Shown here one piece after another: positions 9,394-19,081 of a stretch of DNA of 64,000 nt. How positions within the stretch are numbered: the stretch's first letter is position 1; each line of letters starts with the position of its first letter. Under the pieces are notes generated by a model. That model was not told where the DNA came from. It searched no databases and saw only the letters and a program-made list of their open reading frames with translations. The stretch lies in assembly GCF_900539765.1 (NCBI RefSeq), contig NZ_UQDF01000002.1, one strand, 5' to 3'. The DNA comes from an uncultured Porphyromonas sp. (GTDB taxonomy: Bacteria > Bacteroidota > Bacteroidia > Bacteroidales > Porphyromonadaceae). The translations under genes and the position numbers were made by a program.

Positions 9394-9450
9394 TAGGCGC
9401 AAGACACAGGACGCACGATGTCGCCTTGACGACATCACGATCTTGAGTCT
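9394..9450 (+). terminator. long imperfect hairpin downstream of rplT; family-3-like GGACGCACGAT motif
   Basis: ctaggcgcaagacacaggacgcacgatgtcgccttgacgacatcacgatcttgagtcttgcgtctag has outer stem ctagGcgcaagac/gtcttgcgTctag and inner stem gatgtcg/cgacatc. No U-tract. Confidence 0.4.
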
Positions 9451-9582
9451 TGCGTCTAGTCATTAATCTATCTTCTATCGAGTCGCTATGGCTATGGTCA
9501 CCACACCGCATCAGCTGTAGCAGACTTAGTGTGGCGACACACTCCTTCTGTCATCTTACAACACTCTTCAATCCATAATAGT

Positions 9583-10917
9583 ATGTCAGCTCTTCAAGCA
9601 ATATCACCTCTAGATGGTCGCTATGCGAGCAAGACCGCTCCCCTAGCAGCTTACAGCTCCGAGTCAGCGCTCATCCGCTATCGTGTACGTATCGAGGTGG
9701 AGTACCTCATAGCGCTAACCCAAACGATACCCGCACTGAGCCAATCCCTCACAGAGCCTAAGCAAGAGGCTCTAAGAGAGCTTTACAAGGAGTGGTCTAC
9801 AGAGGCCGCACAAGAGGTAAAGGATATCGAAGCTACGACCAATCATGATGTCAAGGCTGTCGAGTACTACATCAAGCGTCATCTGCCACAGCTGGGACTA
9901 GAGGAGATTGAGGAGTTTGTCCACTTCGGACTAACATCGCAAGATGTCAACAATACCGCCTTCCCGCTGATGCTTCGTGAGGCGCTGCACGAGGTCTACC
10001 TCCCGACGCTCCAGAAGCTCATCGAGCAGCTACGTCAGCTCGCCAATGAGTGGCACGATGTCGCTATGCTGGCTCGCACGCATGGTCAGCCCGCTAGCCC
10101 CACGCGTCTGGGCAAGGAGATTATGGTCTTCGTCTACCGCTTGGAGCAGCAGGCCAAAGCTCTGGAGCAGGTGCCTATCACGGGCAAGTTTGGCGGTGCT
10201 ACGGGCAACTTTAATGCGCACCATGTCGCCTACCCTACCATTGACTGGGTCGCTTTTGGCAATAGCTTTCTCACATCACTAGGGCTAGAGCGTGAGCAGT
10301 ACACAACGCAGATCTCCAATTACGACAACCTCGCTGCCCTTTTTGAGGCGATGGCTCGCATCAACACGATCCTCATCGACCTGGCTCGAGACTTCTGGAG
10401 CTACATCTCTATGGGTTACTTCGGGCAGAAGATCAAGGCGGGTGAGGTCGGCTCTAGTGCGATGCCTCACAAGGTTAATCCCATTGACTTTGAGAATGCT
10501 GAGGGCAACCTCGGACTAGCTAATGCGATGGCTCTGCATCTAGCCTCCAAGCTCCCCATATCTCGTCTGCAGCGCGACCTAACAGACTCGACGGTGATAC
10601 GTAATCAGCTCGTCCCGATGGGCTACACGCTAATAGCTTTCAGTAGTCTCTCTAAGGGTCTTGGCAAGCTAGTCATCCACCCCGAGCGCATCGCTCATGA
10701 TCTCGATTGCAACTGGGCCGTGGTCGCCGAGGCTATCCAGACGATCCTGCGCCGTGAGGGTTATCCACACCCTTATGAGACGCTCAAGGCACTGACCCGC
10801 ACAGGAGAGGAGATAAGCCAAGAGACGATCGCCAACTTCATCGACACCTTGGAGGTTGCTGAGGAGATCAAAGAGGAGCTTCGTCAGATCACCCCGAACA
10901 ACTACGTGGGGGTCTAG
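9583..10917 (+). CDS. purB: adenylosuccinate lyase
   Basis: MSALQAISPLDGRYASKT.. N-terminus and fumarate-lyase signature (GSSAMPHKVNP). Start set at residue 19 of supplied ORF. Confidence 0.85.
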   Translation: MSALQAISPLDGRYASKTAPLAAYSSESALIRYRVRIEVEYLIALTQTIPALSQSLTEPKQEALRELYKEWSTEAAQEVKDIEATTNHDVKAVEYYIKRHLPQLGLEEIEEFVHFGLTSQDVNNTAFPLMLREALHEVYLPTLQKLIEQLRQLANEWHDVAMLARTHGQPASPTRLGKEIMVFVYRLEQQAKALEQVPITGKFGGATGNFNAHHVAYPTIDWVAFGNSFLTSLGLEREQYTTQISNYDNLAALFEAMARINTILIDLARDFWSYISMGYFGQKIKAGEVGSSAMPHKVNPIDFENAEGNLGLANAMALHLASKLPISRLQRDLTDSTVIRNQLVPMGYTLIAFSSLSKGLGKLVIHPERIAHDLDCNWAVVAEAIQTILRREGYPHPYETLKALTRTGEEISQETIANFIDTLEVAEEIKEELRQITPNNYVGV

Positions 10918-10933
10918 TCTGCCAATAAATTAG

Positions 10934-10941
10934 TACCTTTG
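10934..10941 (+). promoter_or_regulatory. candidate Bacteroidota -7 promoter box (TAnnTTTG) upstream of the pseudouridine synthase gene
   Basis: tagTACCTTTGtcg, about 145 bp upstream of the ATG at 11088. Motif match only. Confidence 0.25.
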
Positions 10942-11087
10942 TCGTAGCTCGATCAACTAGTAATATCCACAGTTAGTAAGATCCGAAGGAAAGTCTGTTG
11001 ACACTGATTTAGTAGCAACAGAGACCCCTTGATACAAATACTACCACACAACACACTAAGCTTGTTGTGTAGTCATCAAACAGCTTC

Positions 11088-12500
11088 ATGTCTATAGACA
11101 GCAATCCTACATCAGAGGCACAGCACAAGACAAGTTCCTCTGCTGATTCATCTGCCGAGGTGCCTGCGTCCGCATCTACTGGCAAGCGAAGACGTCAACG
11201 CATAGCACGACCCGCTAACAGCGAGTCCTTGATCCGTGTCAAGGTCAGTGGCGAGGAGAGCGCCACCGTGACGCATCGCAATATAGATGCCTCCGAGATG
11301 GTCAAGCCCCGAGACATCAGTGCAGAAAAAGCATTGGAGCGAAGACATAACTTCGACGAACCGCACACTGGAGAGCGGAGTTTTCACAAAGTGTCGACAC
11401 CTGTGTCTGTAGTTAGCAATGGCGATCAAGATGACCCTGTCATATATCCGTACGCCAAGCAGAGAGGAAAGGCTGCCCGCCCTAAAGCACATAACGAAGA
11501 AGCTCGCACCTCATCACCACGACGCAAGAGAGGAGCCAATACAGCGAACCGTAAAGATAAGCGCTCCTCAGCTCCTCGCAAGAACGCTGGTCAGCGGCCT
11601 AACAAGCAGCGCAAGGGCGAAGCGAAGCCCCGCACACCTAAGGCGCCTGTCGAGCCAGTGCGCTACACCTCTCCCCTAGTTGAGGCTGGCGAACCAATAC
11701 GACTCAATAAGTTCCTCTCCAACTCTGGACTATGCTCTCGTCGTACAGCAGACCAGTACATCGCTGCAGGACGTGTCAAGGTCAACGGTGTCGTTGTCTC
11801 CGAGCTTGGCTCGCAGGTGCTGCCGACTGACCAAGTGATGGTCGATGACAAGCCAGTCTCTCTAGAGGCTAAGGTCTACGTACTACTCAACAAGCCGAAG
11901 AACTGCGTCACCACACTCACCGATCCCGAGGGGCGACGCACGGTCATGGATCTCGTGCACAACGCTTGCACCGAGCGCATCTACCCCATCGGTCGTCTAG
12001 ACCGCAACACGACTGGCATACTCCTTCTTACCAATGATGGCGACCTAGCGGTGCGCTTGATGCACCCCGCCTTTCGCAAGAAGAAGATTTACGAGGTAGC
12101 CCTCGACAAGGAGGTCACCGTAGAGCATATGCAGATGATCGCTCAGGGCTTCGAGCTAGAGGATGGCGAGATCCATGCCGATGCCATCAGCTATATCACT
12201 GGGCAGACCCACGACAAGGTAGGCATAGAGATCCACTCGGGTCGCAACCGCATCGTGCGTCGCATCTTCGAGCATCTAGGCTATCGCGTCGTGCACCTAG
12301 ACCGTGTCTACTACGCAGGTCTCACCAAAAAAGATCTACCACGCGGTCGCTGGCGCTATCTAACGCCCGAGGAGGTACGCTACCTCCGCATGGGCATTAA
12401 GGAGCAAGAGGACAGTGGCGTAGCACCCACCACCAAAGTCTACCACAAGCACCAAGAGACACCAGAGCATCCCTTCTCATCCGAAGAGATAGAAGACTAA
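11088..12500 (+). CDS. RluB/RsuA-family rRNA pseudouridine synthase with ~200-aa basic disordered N-terminal extension
   Basis: S4 domain (IRLNKFLSNSGLCSRRTADQYIAAGRVKVNG) and catalytic motif (IYPIGRLDRNTTGILLLTNDGDLA). First ~200 aa are Arg/Lys/Ser/Pro-rich low complexity. Confidence 0.75.
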   Translation: MSIDSNPTSEAQHKTSSSADSSAEVPASASTGKRRRQRIARPANSESLIRVKVSGEESATVTHRNIDASEMVKPRDISAEKALERRHNFDEPHTGERSFHKVSTPVSVVSNGDQDDPVIYPYAKQRGKAARPKAHNEEARTSSPRRKRGANTANRKDKRSSAPRKNAGQRPNKQRKGEAKPRTPKAPVEPVRYTSPLVEAGEPIRLNKFLSNSGLCSRRTADQYIAAGRVKVNGVVVSELGSQVLPTDQVMVDDKPVSLEAKVYVLLNKPKNCVTTLTDPEGRRTVMDLVHNACTERIYPIGRLDRNTTGILLLTNDGDLAVRLMHPAFRKKKIYEVALDKEVTVEHMQMIAQGFELEDGEIHADAISYITGQTHDKVGIEIHSGRNRIVRRIFEHLGYRVVHLDRVYYAGLTKKDLPRGRWRYLTPEEVRYLRMGIKEQEDSGVAPTTKVYHKHQETPEHPFSSEEIED

Positions 12501-12528
12501 ATAGGTATAAACCATATCAGCAGATACT

Positions 12529-13944
12529 ATGAATAACTCACTACCACGCACTACTATCAAGGAGCTTCCTCAGCTTGCACAGCGTCAGCTCCCCCAGCCC
12601 GTCTGTGTCAAGGGATGGGTACGCACCAAGCGAGGCAACAAGGCTGTCTGCTTCGTTGCGCTCAACGATGGCTCGACCATACACAGCATACAGATCGTCA
12701 TTGACAAGGCTCAGACCGACCCTAAGCTTCTTGAGCAGATCACCACAGGCGCCGCTATCGGTGTCGTTGGCACACTCGTCGCTTCACAGGGTCAAGGGCA
12801 AGAGTACGAGATACAGGCTAACGAGATAACCATCTACGGCACCTCTGATCCCGTACGCTATCCACTGCAAAAGAAGGGACACACGCTAGAGTTCCTTCGT
12901 GAGATCGCTCACCTGCGTCCACGTACCAACACCTTTGCAGCGGTCCTCCGCATCCGCCACCACATGGCTTATGCGATCCACACCTTCTTTCACGAGCGTG
13001 GCTACTACTACCTCCACACCCCAATCATCACCTCGAGCGATGCCGAGGGTGCTGGGCAAATGTTTACCGTCACCACGCTAGATATGAACAAGCTCCCCCT
13101 TGCTAAAGATGGGAGCGTGGACTACAGCAAAGACTTCTTTGGCAAGCACACCTCGCTGACCGTATCGGGACAGCTAGAGGGTGAGCTAGGCGCCCTAGCA
13201 CTAGGCGGTATCTACACCTTTGGTCCTACCTTTAGAGCTGAAAACTCCAATACCCCACGCCACCTGGCTGAGTTCTGGATGGTCGAGCCTGAGGTCGCCT
13301 TTATGGACAATGAGGGCAACCAAGACCTCGCCGAGGCATTCACCAAGCACTGCCTCCAGTGGGCTCTAGATCACTGTATGGACGATCTCGAGTTCCTCGC
13401 CGAGCATTACGACAAGGAGCTCATCGAGCGCATCCGCTTCGTTGTGGAGCGCCCATTCGTACGCATCACCTACACCGAGGGTGTCGCGATCCTCGAGGAG
13501 GCCGTCCGTGGCGGCAAGAAGTTCGAGTTCCCCGTCTACTGGGGCGCCGACCTCGCCAGCGAGCATGAGCGTTACCTCGTCGAGCAGCACTACAATGCGC
13601 CCGTCATCATGACCGACTACCCGAAGGAGATCAAGGCCTTCTATATGAAGCAAAACGACGACGGCAAGACCGTACGCGGTATGGACGTCCTCTTCCCGCA
13701 CATCGGCGAGATCATCGGAGGTAGCGAGCGTGAGACCGACATCGACAAGCTCACGGCACGTGCCGAGGAGGTCGGCATCAAGGACAAGGATCTATGGTGG
13801 TACCTCGACACACGTCGCTATGGCTCAGCACCACATGCGGGCTTCGGACTGGGCTTCGAGAGACTCCTCCTCTTCGTCACCGGCATGACCAATATCCGTG
13901 ACGTGATCCCCTTCCCCCGCACACCAAACAACGCCAACTTCTAG
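12529..13944 (+). CDS. asnS: asparagine--tRNA ligase
   Basis: OB-fold N-domain plus class IIb catalytic core (..[21 protein letters not shown].., ..GGSERETD.., ..[15 protein letters not shown]..). Confidence 0.9.
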   Translation: MNNSLPRTTIKELPQLAQRQLPQPVCVKGWVRTKRGNKAVCFVALNDGSTIHSIQIVIDKAQTDPKLLEQITTGAAIGVVGTLVASQGQGQEYEIQANEITIYGTSDPVRYPLQKKGHTLEFLREIAHLRPRTNTFAAVLRIRHHMAYAIHTFFHERGYYYLHTPIITSSDAEGAGQMFTVTTLDMNKLPLAKDGSVDYSKDFFGKHTSLTVSGQLEGELGALALGGIYTFGPTFRAENSNTPRHLAEFWMVEPEVAFMDNEGNQDLAEAFTKHCLQWALDHCMDDLEFLAEHYDKELIERIRFVVERPFVRITYTEGVAILEEAVRGGKKFEFPVYWGADLASEHERYLVEQHYNAPVIMTDYPKEIKAFYMKQNDDGKTVRGMDVLFPHIGEIIGGSERETDIDKLTARAEEVGIKDKDLWWYLDTRRYGSAPHAGFGLGFERLLLFVTGMTNIRDVIPFPRTPNNANF

Positions 13945-13989
13945 TCCCTCCCCTACTCGCTAGAGGACTAGCAATCATATCTTATCAGT

Positions 13990-14032
13990 CAAGGCTGTAG
14001 CACCTCCACGTATGGTGCTGCAGCCTTTTCTA
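13990..14032. terminator. intrinsic-terminator-like hairpin between convergent asnS and truA
   Basis: aaggctgtagcacc tccacgtat ggtgctgcagcctt followed by ttttctatttg. 13-bp stem with one G-U pair, then a T-tract. Confidence 0.55.
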
Positions 14033-14070
14033 TTTGTCGCACTACAAAAAGCCCCCCCTGGTTGTTGCTT

Positions 14071-14859
14071 TTACTCGGGATCTGTGCTGTAGATCGAGTC
14101 GGGATAGGTCGCCTCAACGAAAAAGAGTGCACGAGCTGGTGCTGCCGAGCCAGCTAGCGTGCGGTCTTCAGACTGGATTAACTCTGCGATAGAGTCTGGC
14201 GTGCGCTGTCCGTAGCCCACCTCGAGGAGCGTCCCGACCATCGTACGCACCATACCGTGGAGAAAACGATTGGCACACACCTCGTAGCGCATCGCATCCC
14301 AGAGACCAGGCATCTCGACCTGCTCCCAATGCGCTGTGTAGACGGTACAGCGGTTGTGCTTCGTCTGCGTGTGTAGCTTGCTAAAGGAGGTAAAGTCGTG
14401 CTCCCCAATGAAGTGACGACAAGCTTCGTTCATCAGCTCCATATCAGGGAGCGTGCGTCGCTCCCAGCAGTAGTCGCCCCAAAAGGGGTTGCTACAAGCC
14501 GATATGTAGTAGTGATACCTTCGTGAGATAGCGTCAAAGCGAGCGTGAGCCGTCGGGATGACTGGCGTGACAGAGCGAACGGATATTCCTCCACGCAGTA
14601 TGCCACACAAGCCTCTCTGTATCTGCGCTAGCGGAGGGTGCGGGATCGGCAAGTCGGCATGCGCCATCATACTATAAGCGTGTACCCCAGCGTCTGTACG
14701 CCCTGCGCCTGTGACCGAGATCGGCTGGCGAAAGAGTATGGAGAGGGCGCGCTCTAGCTCAGACTGCACCGAGACACCACGAGGCTGTACCTGCCAGCCA
14801 CAATAGTTGGTGCCGTCGTAAGCGACCTCTAGAAATACACGCTGTACGGGAGCCTCCAT
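14071..14859 (-). CDS. truA: tRNA pseudouridine(38-40) synthase
   Basis: ..VAYDGTNYCGWQVQP..GAGRTDAGVHA.. TruA catalytic Asp motif. 262 aa. Confidence 0.85.
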   Translation of the reverse strand: MEAPVQRVFLEVAYDGTNYCGWQVQPRGVSVQSELERALSILFRQPISVTGAGRTDAGVHAYSMMAHADLPIPHPPLAQIQRGLCGILRGGISVRSVTPVIPTAHARFDAISRRYHYYISACSNPFWGDYCWERRTLPDMELMNEACRHFIGEHDFTSFSKLHTQTKHNRCTVYTAHWEQVEMPGLWDAMRYEVCANRFLHGMVRTMVGTLLEVGYGQRTPDSIAELIQSEDRTLAGSAAPARALFFVEATYPDSIYSTDPE

Positions 14860-14880
14860 GGCTTTAAGAGTAGTAGCCTA

Positions 14881-17355
14881 TCACGACTTAGAGGTCGCAC
14901 TACGCTTAGGCGCAACCTTCTTAGCAGTGCTAGTCGTTTTCTTGGTCGTACTCTTCTTAGCCGTGCCAGCGGTCTTCTTCGCTGTTGTGCGTCCCTTTTT
15001 CGGGGTCTCTTTGTTTTGCTCAGCGATGATAGCAACGACCTCGTCGTATGTCAGCTTCGTGGGATCAGCTTTCTGCTCCTTGGTGAGCTTGTAATTCTTC
15101 TTGCCCGCCTTGATGTAAGCGCCCCAGCGTCCGTCACGGATCGCAATATCGGGGTCCTCGGGGAAGCTCTTGAGCAGACTGGCCGCCTCCTTGCGACGCT
15201 TCTCCTCGATAAGCTCGATCGCCTCCCGAAGGGTAATCTCCTCGGGTGTCAGACCGCTGCTCTTGGAGATAGAGGTAAACTTACCTTTGTGTCGTAGGTA
15301 AGGCCCAAAGCGCCCCACAGCAGCAACCACTTCGCTCCCCTCAAATTCCCCGACCATGCGAGGCAGGTCAAAAAGCTTGAGCGCCTCCTCTAGCGTGATG
15401 GTCTCTATGAGCAGATTGCTCGGGATACTGGCGAAGCGAGGCTTGAGGCGCTTCCGCTCCTCCTCAGGCAGAGAGCTATCGGGTGCCTCTCCGATCTGCA
15501 CCATCGGGCCGTAGCGTCCGATGCGAGCGATGACTGGCTTACCACTTACAGGATCGTTACCGAGGAGTCGCTCACCTGTATAGCGCTTGGCTCCAGACTG
15601 GCTCTGCTCCTCGATGATCGGGTGAAACTTATCGTAAAACGTGCCAATCAGATCTTGCCACTGAGCCTCACCCTCGGCAACTTTGTCAAAGTGCTCCTCC
15701 ACGTCTGCCGTGAAGTTGTAGTCGACGACACGGGAGAAGTTTTCCATTAGGAAGTCAGTCACGACGATTCCCATATCGGTGGGGACGAGCCGTCCACGAT
15801 CACTGCCGTAGCGCTCCTTCTGCTTGTGCGACTTGATAGTCGTATTTCCAGCACTGTGCTGCCAGCTGAGGTATAGCACATTGCGACTCTCGCCTTGGCT
15901 CTCACCACGACGCACGTACTCTCTGTTTTGAATCGTCTGAATCGTAGGAGCATAAGTAGACGGACGACCGATGCCTAGCTCCTCCATCTTGCGAACCAAT
16001 GAAGCCTCCGTATAGCGGGGCTTAGGCTTGGTAAAGGATTGCCGCCCCTCTATCTCTCTTAGCTGTAGCGCGTCGCCCTCCTTCAGCTTGGGAAGCTCAT
16101 TGCCAGTGGTATCCTCCTCGTCATCACGGCTCTCTGTGTAAGCGCTGATGAAGCCGTCGAAGACAATCACCTCGCCACGAGCCTCTAGACGAATAGGATC
16201 AGCGCCCTGCGAAGCAATCTGCGCTATCGTCCGCTCGATGCGGGCGTCCGCCATCTGACTAGCGAGGGTGCGCTTGCGTATGAGGTCGTAGAGAGCTTGC
16301 TCCTGCTTGGTGCCCTGTATCGTAGCGTTGCGCAGATAAGTCGGGCGAATCGCTTCGTGCGCCTCCTGCGCTCCTTTGCTCTTAGCGTGATAGCGTCGGC
16401 GCTGATAGTAGTCGGCGCCCCACTGCTCCAGGATCACCGTCTCCGCATCGTGGAGTGCGAGGCTGGAGAGATTGACCGAGTCGGTACGCATATAGGTGAT
16501 GAGTCCTCGCTCATAGAGTGCCTGTGCCACACGCATCGTATTGGAGACGCTCATGCCAAGCTTGCGAGAGGCCTCCTGCTGGAGCGTACTGGTGGTAAAA
16601 GGTGCCGACGGAGAGCGACGTCCAGGCTTCTGCTCCACCTGCTGTACGGCAAAGGCGGACTGACTATCGATAGCTCGCTGCATAAGCTGGCGAGCGGCCT
16701 CTTCGGAAGGGAGGTTGTCAGGAAGTGTCGCAGAGAAGGTGTCTCCCCCCTTGGTCTCTAGGCGTGTCGATATGGCAAAAGAAGTCTCTGGTTCGAAAGC
16801 TAGTATCTCGCGCTCCCGCTCTACAATGAGACGCACAGCTACGCTCTGCACACGTCCTGCTGAGAGCGAGGGACCGACACGTCGCCAGAGGACTGGCGAG
16901 AGCTCAAAGCCCACGATACGATCTAGGACACGACGCGCCTGCTGGGCATCTACGAGGTTTTCGTTGATCGAGCGTGGATTCTGAATAGCATGCTGTATGG
17001 CGCTCTTAGTGATCTCATGGAATGCGATACGATGTGTCTCCTTGTCCTTGAGGTCTAGCACCTGATAGAGGTGCCATGCGATCGCCTCTCCCTCACGGTC
17101 CTCATCGGATGCGAGCCATACGATGTCACTACCCTTCGCTGCTTTGCGTAGCTCTGAGACGACCCGCTGCTTGTCTGCGGGGATCTCATAGATGGGTGCG
17201 AAGTGTTGCTCCACATCTACACTGAAGCTACTCGGCTTAAGGTCACGTATGTGTCCATAGCTCGAGAGTACTTTGTAGTCTGCACCGAGAAATTTGCCAA
17301 TGGTCTTTGCCTTTGCGGGGGACTCTACTATTACTAAGTTCTTCTGCTTTGCCAT
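14881..17355 (-). CDS. topA: DNA topoisomerase I
   Basis: TOPRIM N-terminus (MAKQKNLVIVESPAKAKTIGKFLG), topo IA core, Zn-ribbon region and a Lys-rich C-terminal tail. 824 aa. Confidence 0.9.
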   Translation of the reverse strand: MAKQKNLVIVESPAKAKTIGKFLGADYKVLSSYGHIRDLKPSSFSVDVEQHFAPIYEIPADKQRVVSELRKAAKGSDIVWLASDEDREGEAIAWHLYQVLDLKDKETHRIAFHEITKSAIQHAIQNPRSINENLVDAQQARRVLDRIVGFELSPVLWRRVGPSLSAGRVQSVAVRLIVEREREILAFEPETSFAISTRLETKGGDTFSATLPDNLPSEEAARQLMQRAIDSQSAFAVQQVEQKPGRRSPSAPFTTSTLQQEASRKLGMSVSNTMRVAQALYERGLITYMRTDSVNLSSLALHDAETVILEQWGADYYQRRRYHAKSKGAQEAHEAIRPTYLRNATIQGTKQEQALYDLIRKRTLASQMADARIERTIAQIASQGADPIRLEARGEVIVFDGFISAYTESRDDEEDTTGNELPKLKEGDALQLREIEGRQSFTKPKPRYTEASLVRKMEELGIGRPSTYAPTIQTIQNREYVRRGESQGESRNVLYLSWQHSAGNTTIKSHKQKERYGSDRGRLVPTDMGIVVTDFLMENFSRVVDYNFTADVEEHFDKVAEGEAQWQDLIGTFYDKFHPIIEEQSQSGAKRYTGERLLGNDPVSGKPVIARIGRYGPMVQIGEAPDSSLPEEERKRLKPRFASIPSNLLIETITLEEALKLFDLPRMVGEFEGSEVVAAVGRFGPYLRHKGKFTSISKSSGLTPEEITLREAIELIEEKRRKEAASLLKSFPEDPDIAIRDGRWGAYIKAGKKNYKLTKEQKADPTKLTYDEVVAIIAEQNKETPKKGRTTAKKTAGTAKKSTTKKTTSTAKKVAPKRSATSKS

Positions 17356-17370
17356 AATCTCACGCTATCA

Positions 17371-17392
17371 GAGACTGTTGCCATAGTCTCAA
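17371..17392. repeat. short variant of the GAGACT..AGTCTC hairpin in the topA leader
   Basis: gagactgttgccatagtctc has the same stem and loop start (gagactgttg..) as the 31-bp hairpins at 42023, 59660 and 60692, with a shortened loop. Sits between a putative -7 box and the topA ATG. Confidence 0.35.
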
Positions 17393-17397
17393 TTGGT

Positions 17398-17405
17398 GCA
17401 AAGGT
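17398..17405 (-). promoter_or_regulatory. candidate -7 promoter box (TACCTTTG on minus strand) for topA
   Basis: Plus-strand caaaggta is TACCTTTG on the minus strand, about 45 bp upstream of the topA start codon. Confidence 0.3.
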
Positions 17406-17532
17406 ACTCTTTTATAGGGAAACAAACGCTTTAGCAGAAAAAGAGCTCAACTCCGCAAATCAATTAGCTCAAGGAGATGCATAATCCGCTGTGTAGTCAT
17501 TAGGATCCTGACCGTGTAGCGATCTTGTAACT

Positions 17533-17645
17533 CGTCTCGCTTTGATACAACGGACGCTCGACCGTGCGTCCCTGCACGTCGTTACTCGTCAGTACTCCAA
17601 GAGAAGGCGTCCATCAATCTAACAGTAGATCGACGGACGCCTTGT
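17533..17645. repeat. GCGTCC/GGACGC hairpin-pair repeat (family 3), locus C, inverted relative to loci A/B
   Basis: cgtctcgctttgatacaacggacgctcgaccgtgcgtccctgcacg is the reverse complement of the GCGTCCGTTGT(G/A)TCAAAGCGAGA motif plus the GTGCGTCCCT(A/G)CA motif. Second hairpin ggcgtccatcaatctaacagtagatcgacggacgcc. Confidence 0.45.
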
Positions 17646-17672
17646 TATTGTTAGTATAAGGGTCTCTGTGGA

Positions 17673-18218
17673 CTAGTTGACCTTGATCAGACTATCCATA
17701 CCACGCTTGATAGCCTCCTCATTGAGGGGGATCAGCTTGTGGTGACGCTCGGGCAGAGACTTCTTGAGTCCTGCAATGATGCTCTCGAGCTTTAGCATAG
17801 GAGCAGCCTTGAGCATACCACCGAGGATGATCATGTTGAAGATCTTGTCATTGCCCATCTCGAGGCTCTGATCAGTAGCAGGTACCTCGTAGATGTTGAT
17901 ATCCTTACGGTCAGACTTGTGCTGGATGAGAGCTGGGTCGTAGATAAGGATACCGCCCTTCTTAACACGGGGGCCGAACTTGTCGAGTGATGGCTGGTTG
18001 AGTACGATGACTACATCATACTCATTGACAACAGGCGAGCTAACAGGCTCATCGCTTACGATGACCGTAACGTTACTCGTACCACCACGCTGCTCAGGTC
18101 CGTAAGAAGGCATCCACGATACCTCCTTGTCCTCCATGATACCAGAGTAAGCAAGTATCTTACCCATAGAGAGTACACCCTGACCTCCAAAGCCAGATAT
18201 GACTATTTCGTAATTCAT
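17673..18218 (-). CDS. 2-oxoacid:ferredoxin oxidoreductase gamma subunit (oorC/korC-like)
   Basis: MNYEIVISGFGGQGVLSMGKILA.. pyruvate/ketoisovalerate oxidoreductase gamma family. Last gene of a D-A-B-C operon. Confidence 0.8.
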   Translation of the reverse strand: MNYEIVISGFGGQGVLSMGKILAYSGIMEDKEVSWMPSYGPEQRGGTSNVTVIVSDEPVSSPVVNEYDVVIVLNQPSLDKFGPRVKKGGILIYDPALIQHKSDRKDINIYEVPATDQSLEMGNDKIFNMIILGGMLKAAPMLKLESIIAGLKKSLPERHHKLIPLNEEAIKRGMDSLIKVN

Positions 18219-18237
18219 AGTTGTTCCTTTCGTCTGA

Positions 18238-19041
18238 TTAGATTTTCATTGTAACCACCTCGTCGTTGCTACCCTTAGACTCGACATCCTTGATGTCACC
18301 AAGAGCGTACTTGTCGACCATAAACTTCGACATCCACTCATTAGCCTTAGCCGGACTCATCTTCCAGCCCGTATTGCAGGTTGAGACAAACTCAACGACG
18401 CTGGTACCCTTGCCTGCGAGTGAATTCTCAAAAGCCTTGCGTAGAGCCTTCTTAGCCTTACGTACAGCAGGTGCTGTGTGTACACTCTGACGCGTGACGT
18501 AGCACGTACCATCTAGCTCAGAGAGGATCTTAGAGATGACGAGTGGATAGCCGTTGAGCTCAGGCGTACGACCATCAGGACAGGTGACAGTCTTCATACC
18601 GAGTAGCGTCGTAGGAGCCATCTGACCACCAGTCATACCGTAGATACCGTTGTTGATAAAGATGATGACAATGTTTTCACCACGGTTTGCAGCGTGGATT
18701 GTCTCAGCGGTACCGATAGCAGCTAGGTCACCATCACCCTGATAGGTAAAGACGAGCTTATTGGGGTATAGACGCTTGATAGCAGTAGCTACAGCGGGTG
18801 CACGTCCGTGAGCAGCCTCCTGCCAGTCAATGTCTATATAGTTGTATGCGAAGACGGAGCAGCCCACAGGAGCTATACCGACGGCCTGGTCGCCCATGCC
18901 CATCTCCTCGAGGACCTCAGCAACCAGCTTGTGTACGACACCATGACTACAGCCTGGGCAGTAGTGCATCGTGTTATTGTTGAGCAGACTTGGCTTCTGA
19001 TAGACCAAGTTCTCTGGTTTGGTTATATCCTTTATATCCAT
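18238..19041 (-). CDS. 2-oxoacid:ferredoxin oxidoreductase beta subunit (TPP-binding)
   Basis: ..HYCPGCSHG.. and TPP-binding GDG..(N) motif (FTYQGDGDLAAIGTAETIHAANRGENIVIIFINNGIYGMTGGQ). Confidence 0.85.
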   Translation of the reverse strand: MDIKDITKPENLVYQKPSLLNNNTMHYCPGCSHGVVHKLVAEVLEEMGMGDQAVGIAPVGCSVFAYNYIDIDWQEAAHGRAPAVATAIKRLYPNKLVFTYQGDGDLAAIGTAETIHAANRGENIVIIFINNGIYGMTGGQMAPTTLLGMKTVTCPDGRTPELNGYPLVISKILSELDGTCYVTRQSVHTAPAVRKAKKALRKAFENSLAGKGTSVVEFVSTCNTGWKMSPAKANEWMSKFMVDKYALGDIKDVESKGSNDEVVTMKI

Positions 19042-19081
19042 GATATTTGTTGTCTATTACTGGTTATTGATAAGGGTAAGC

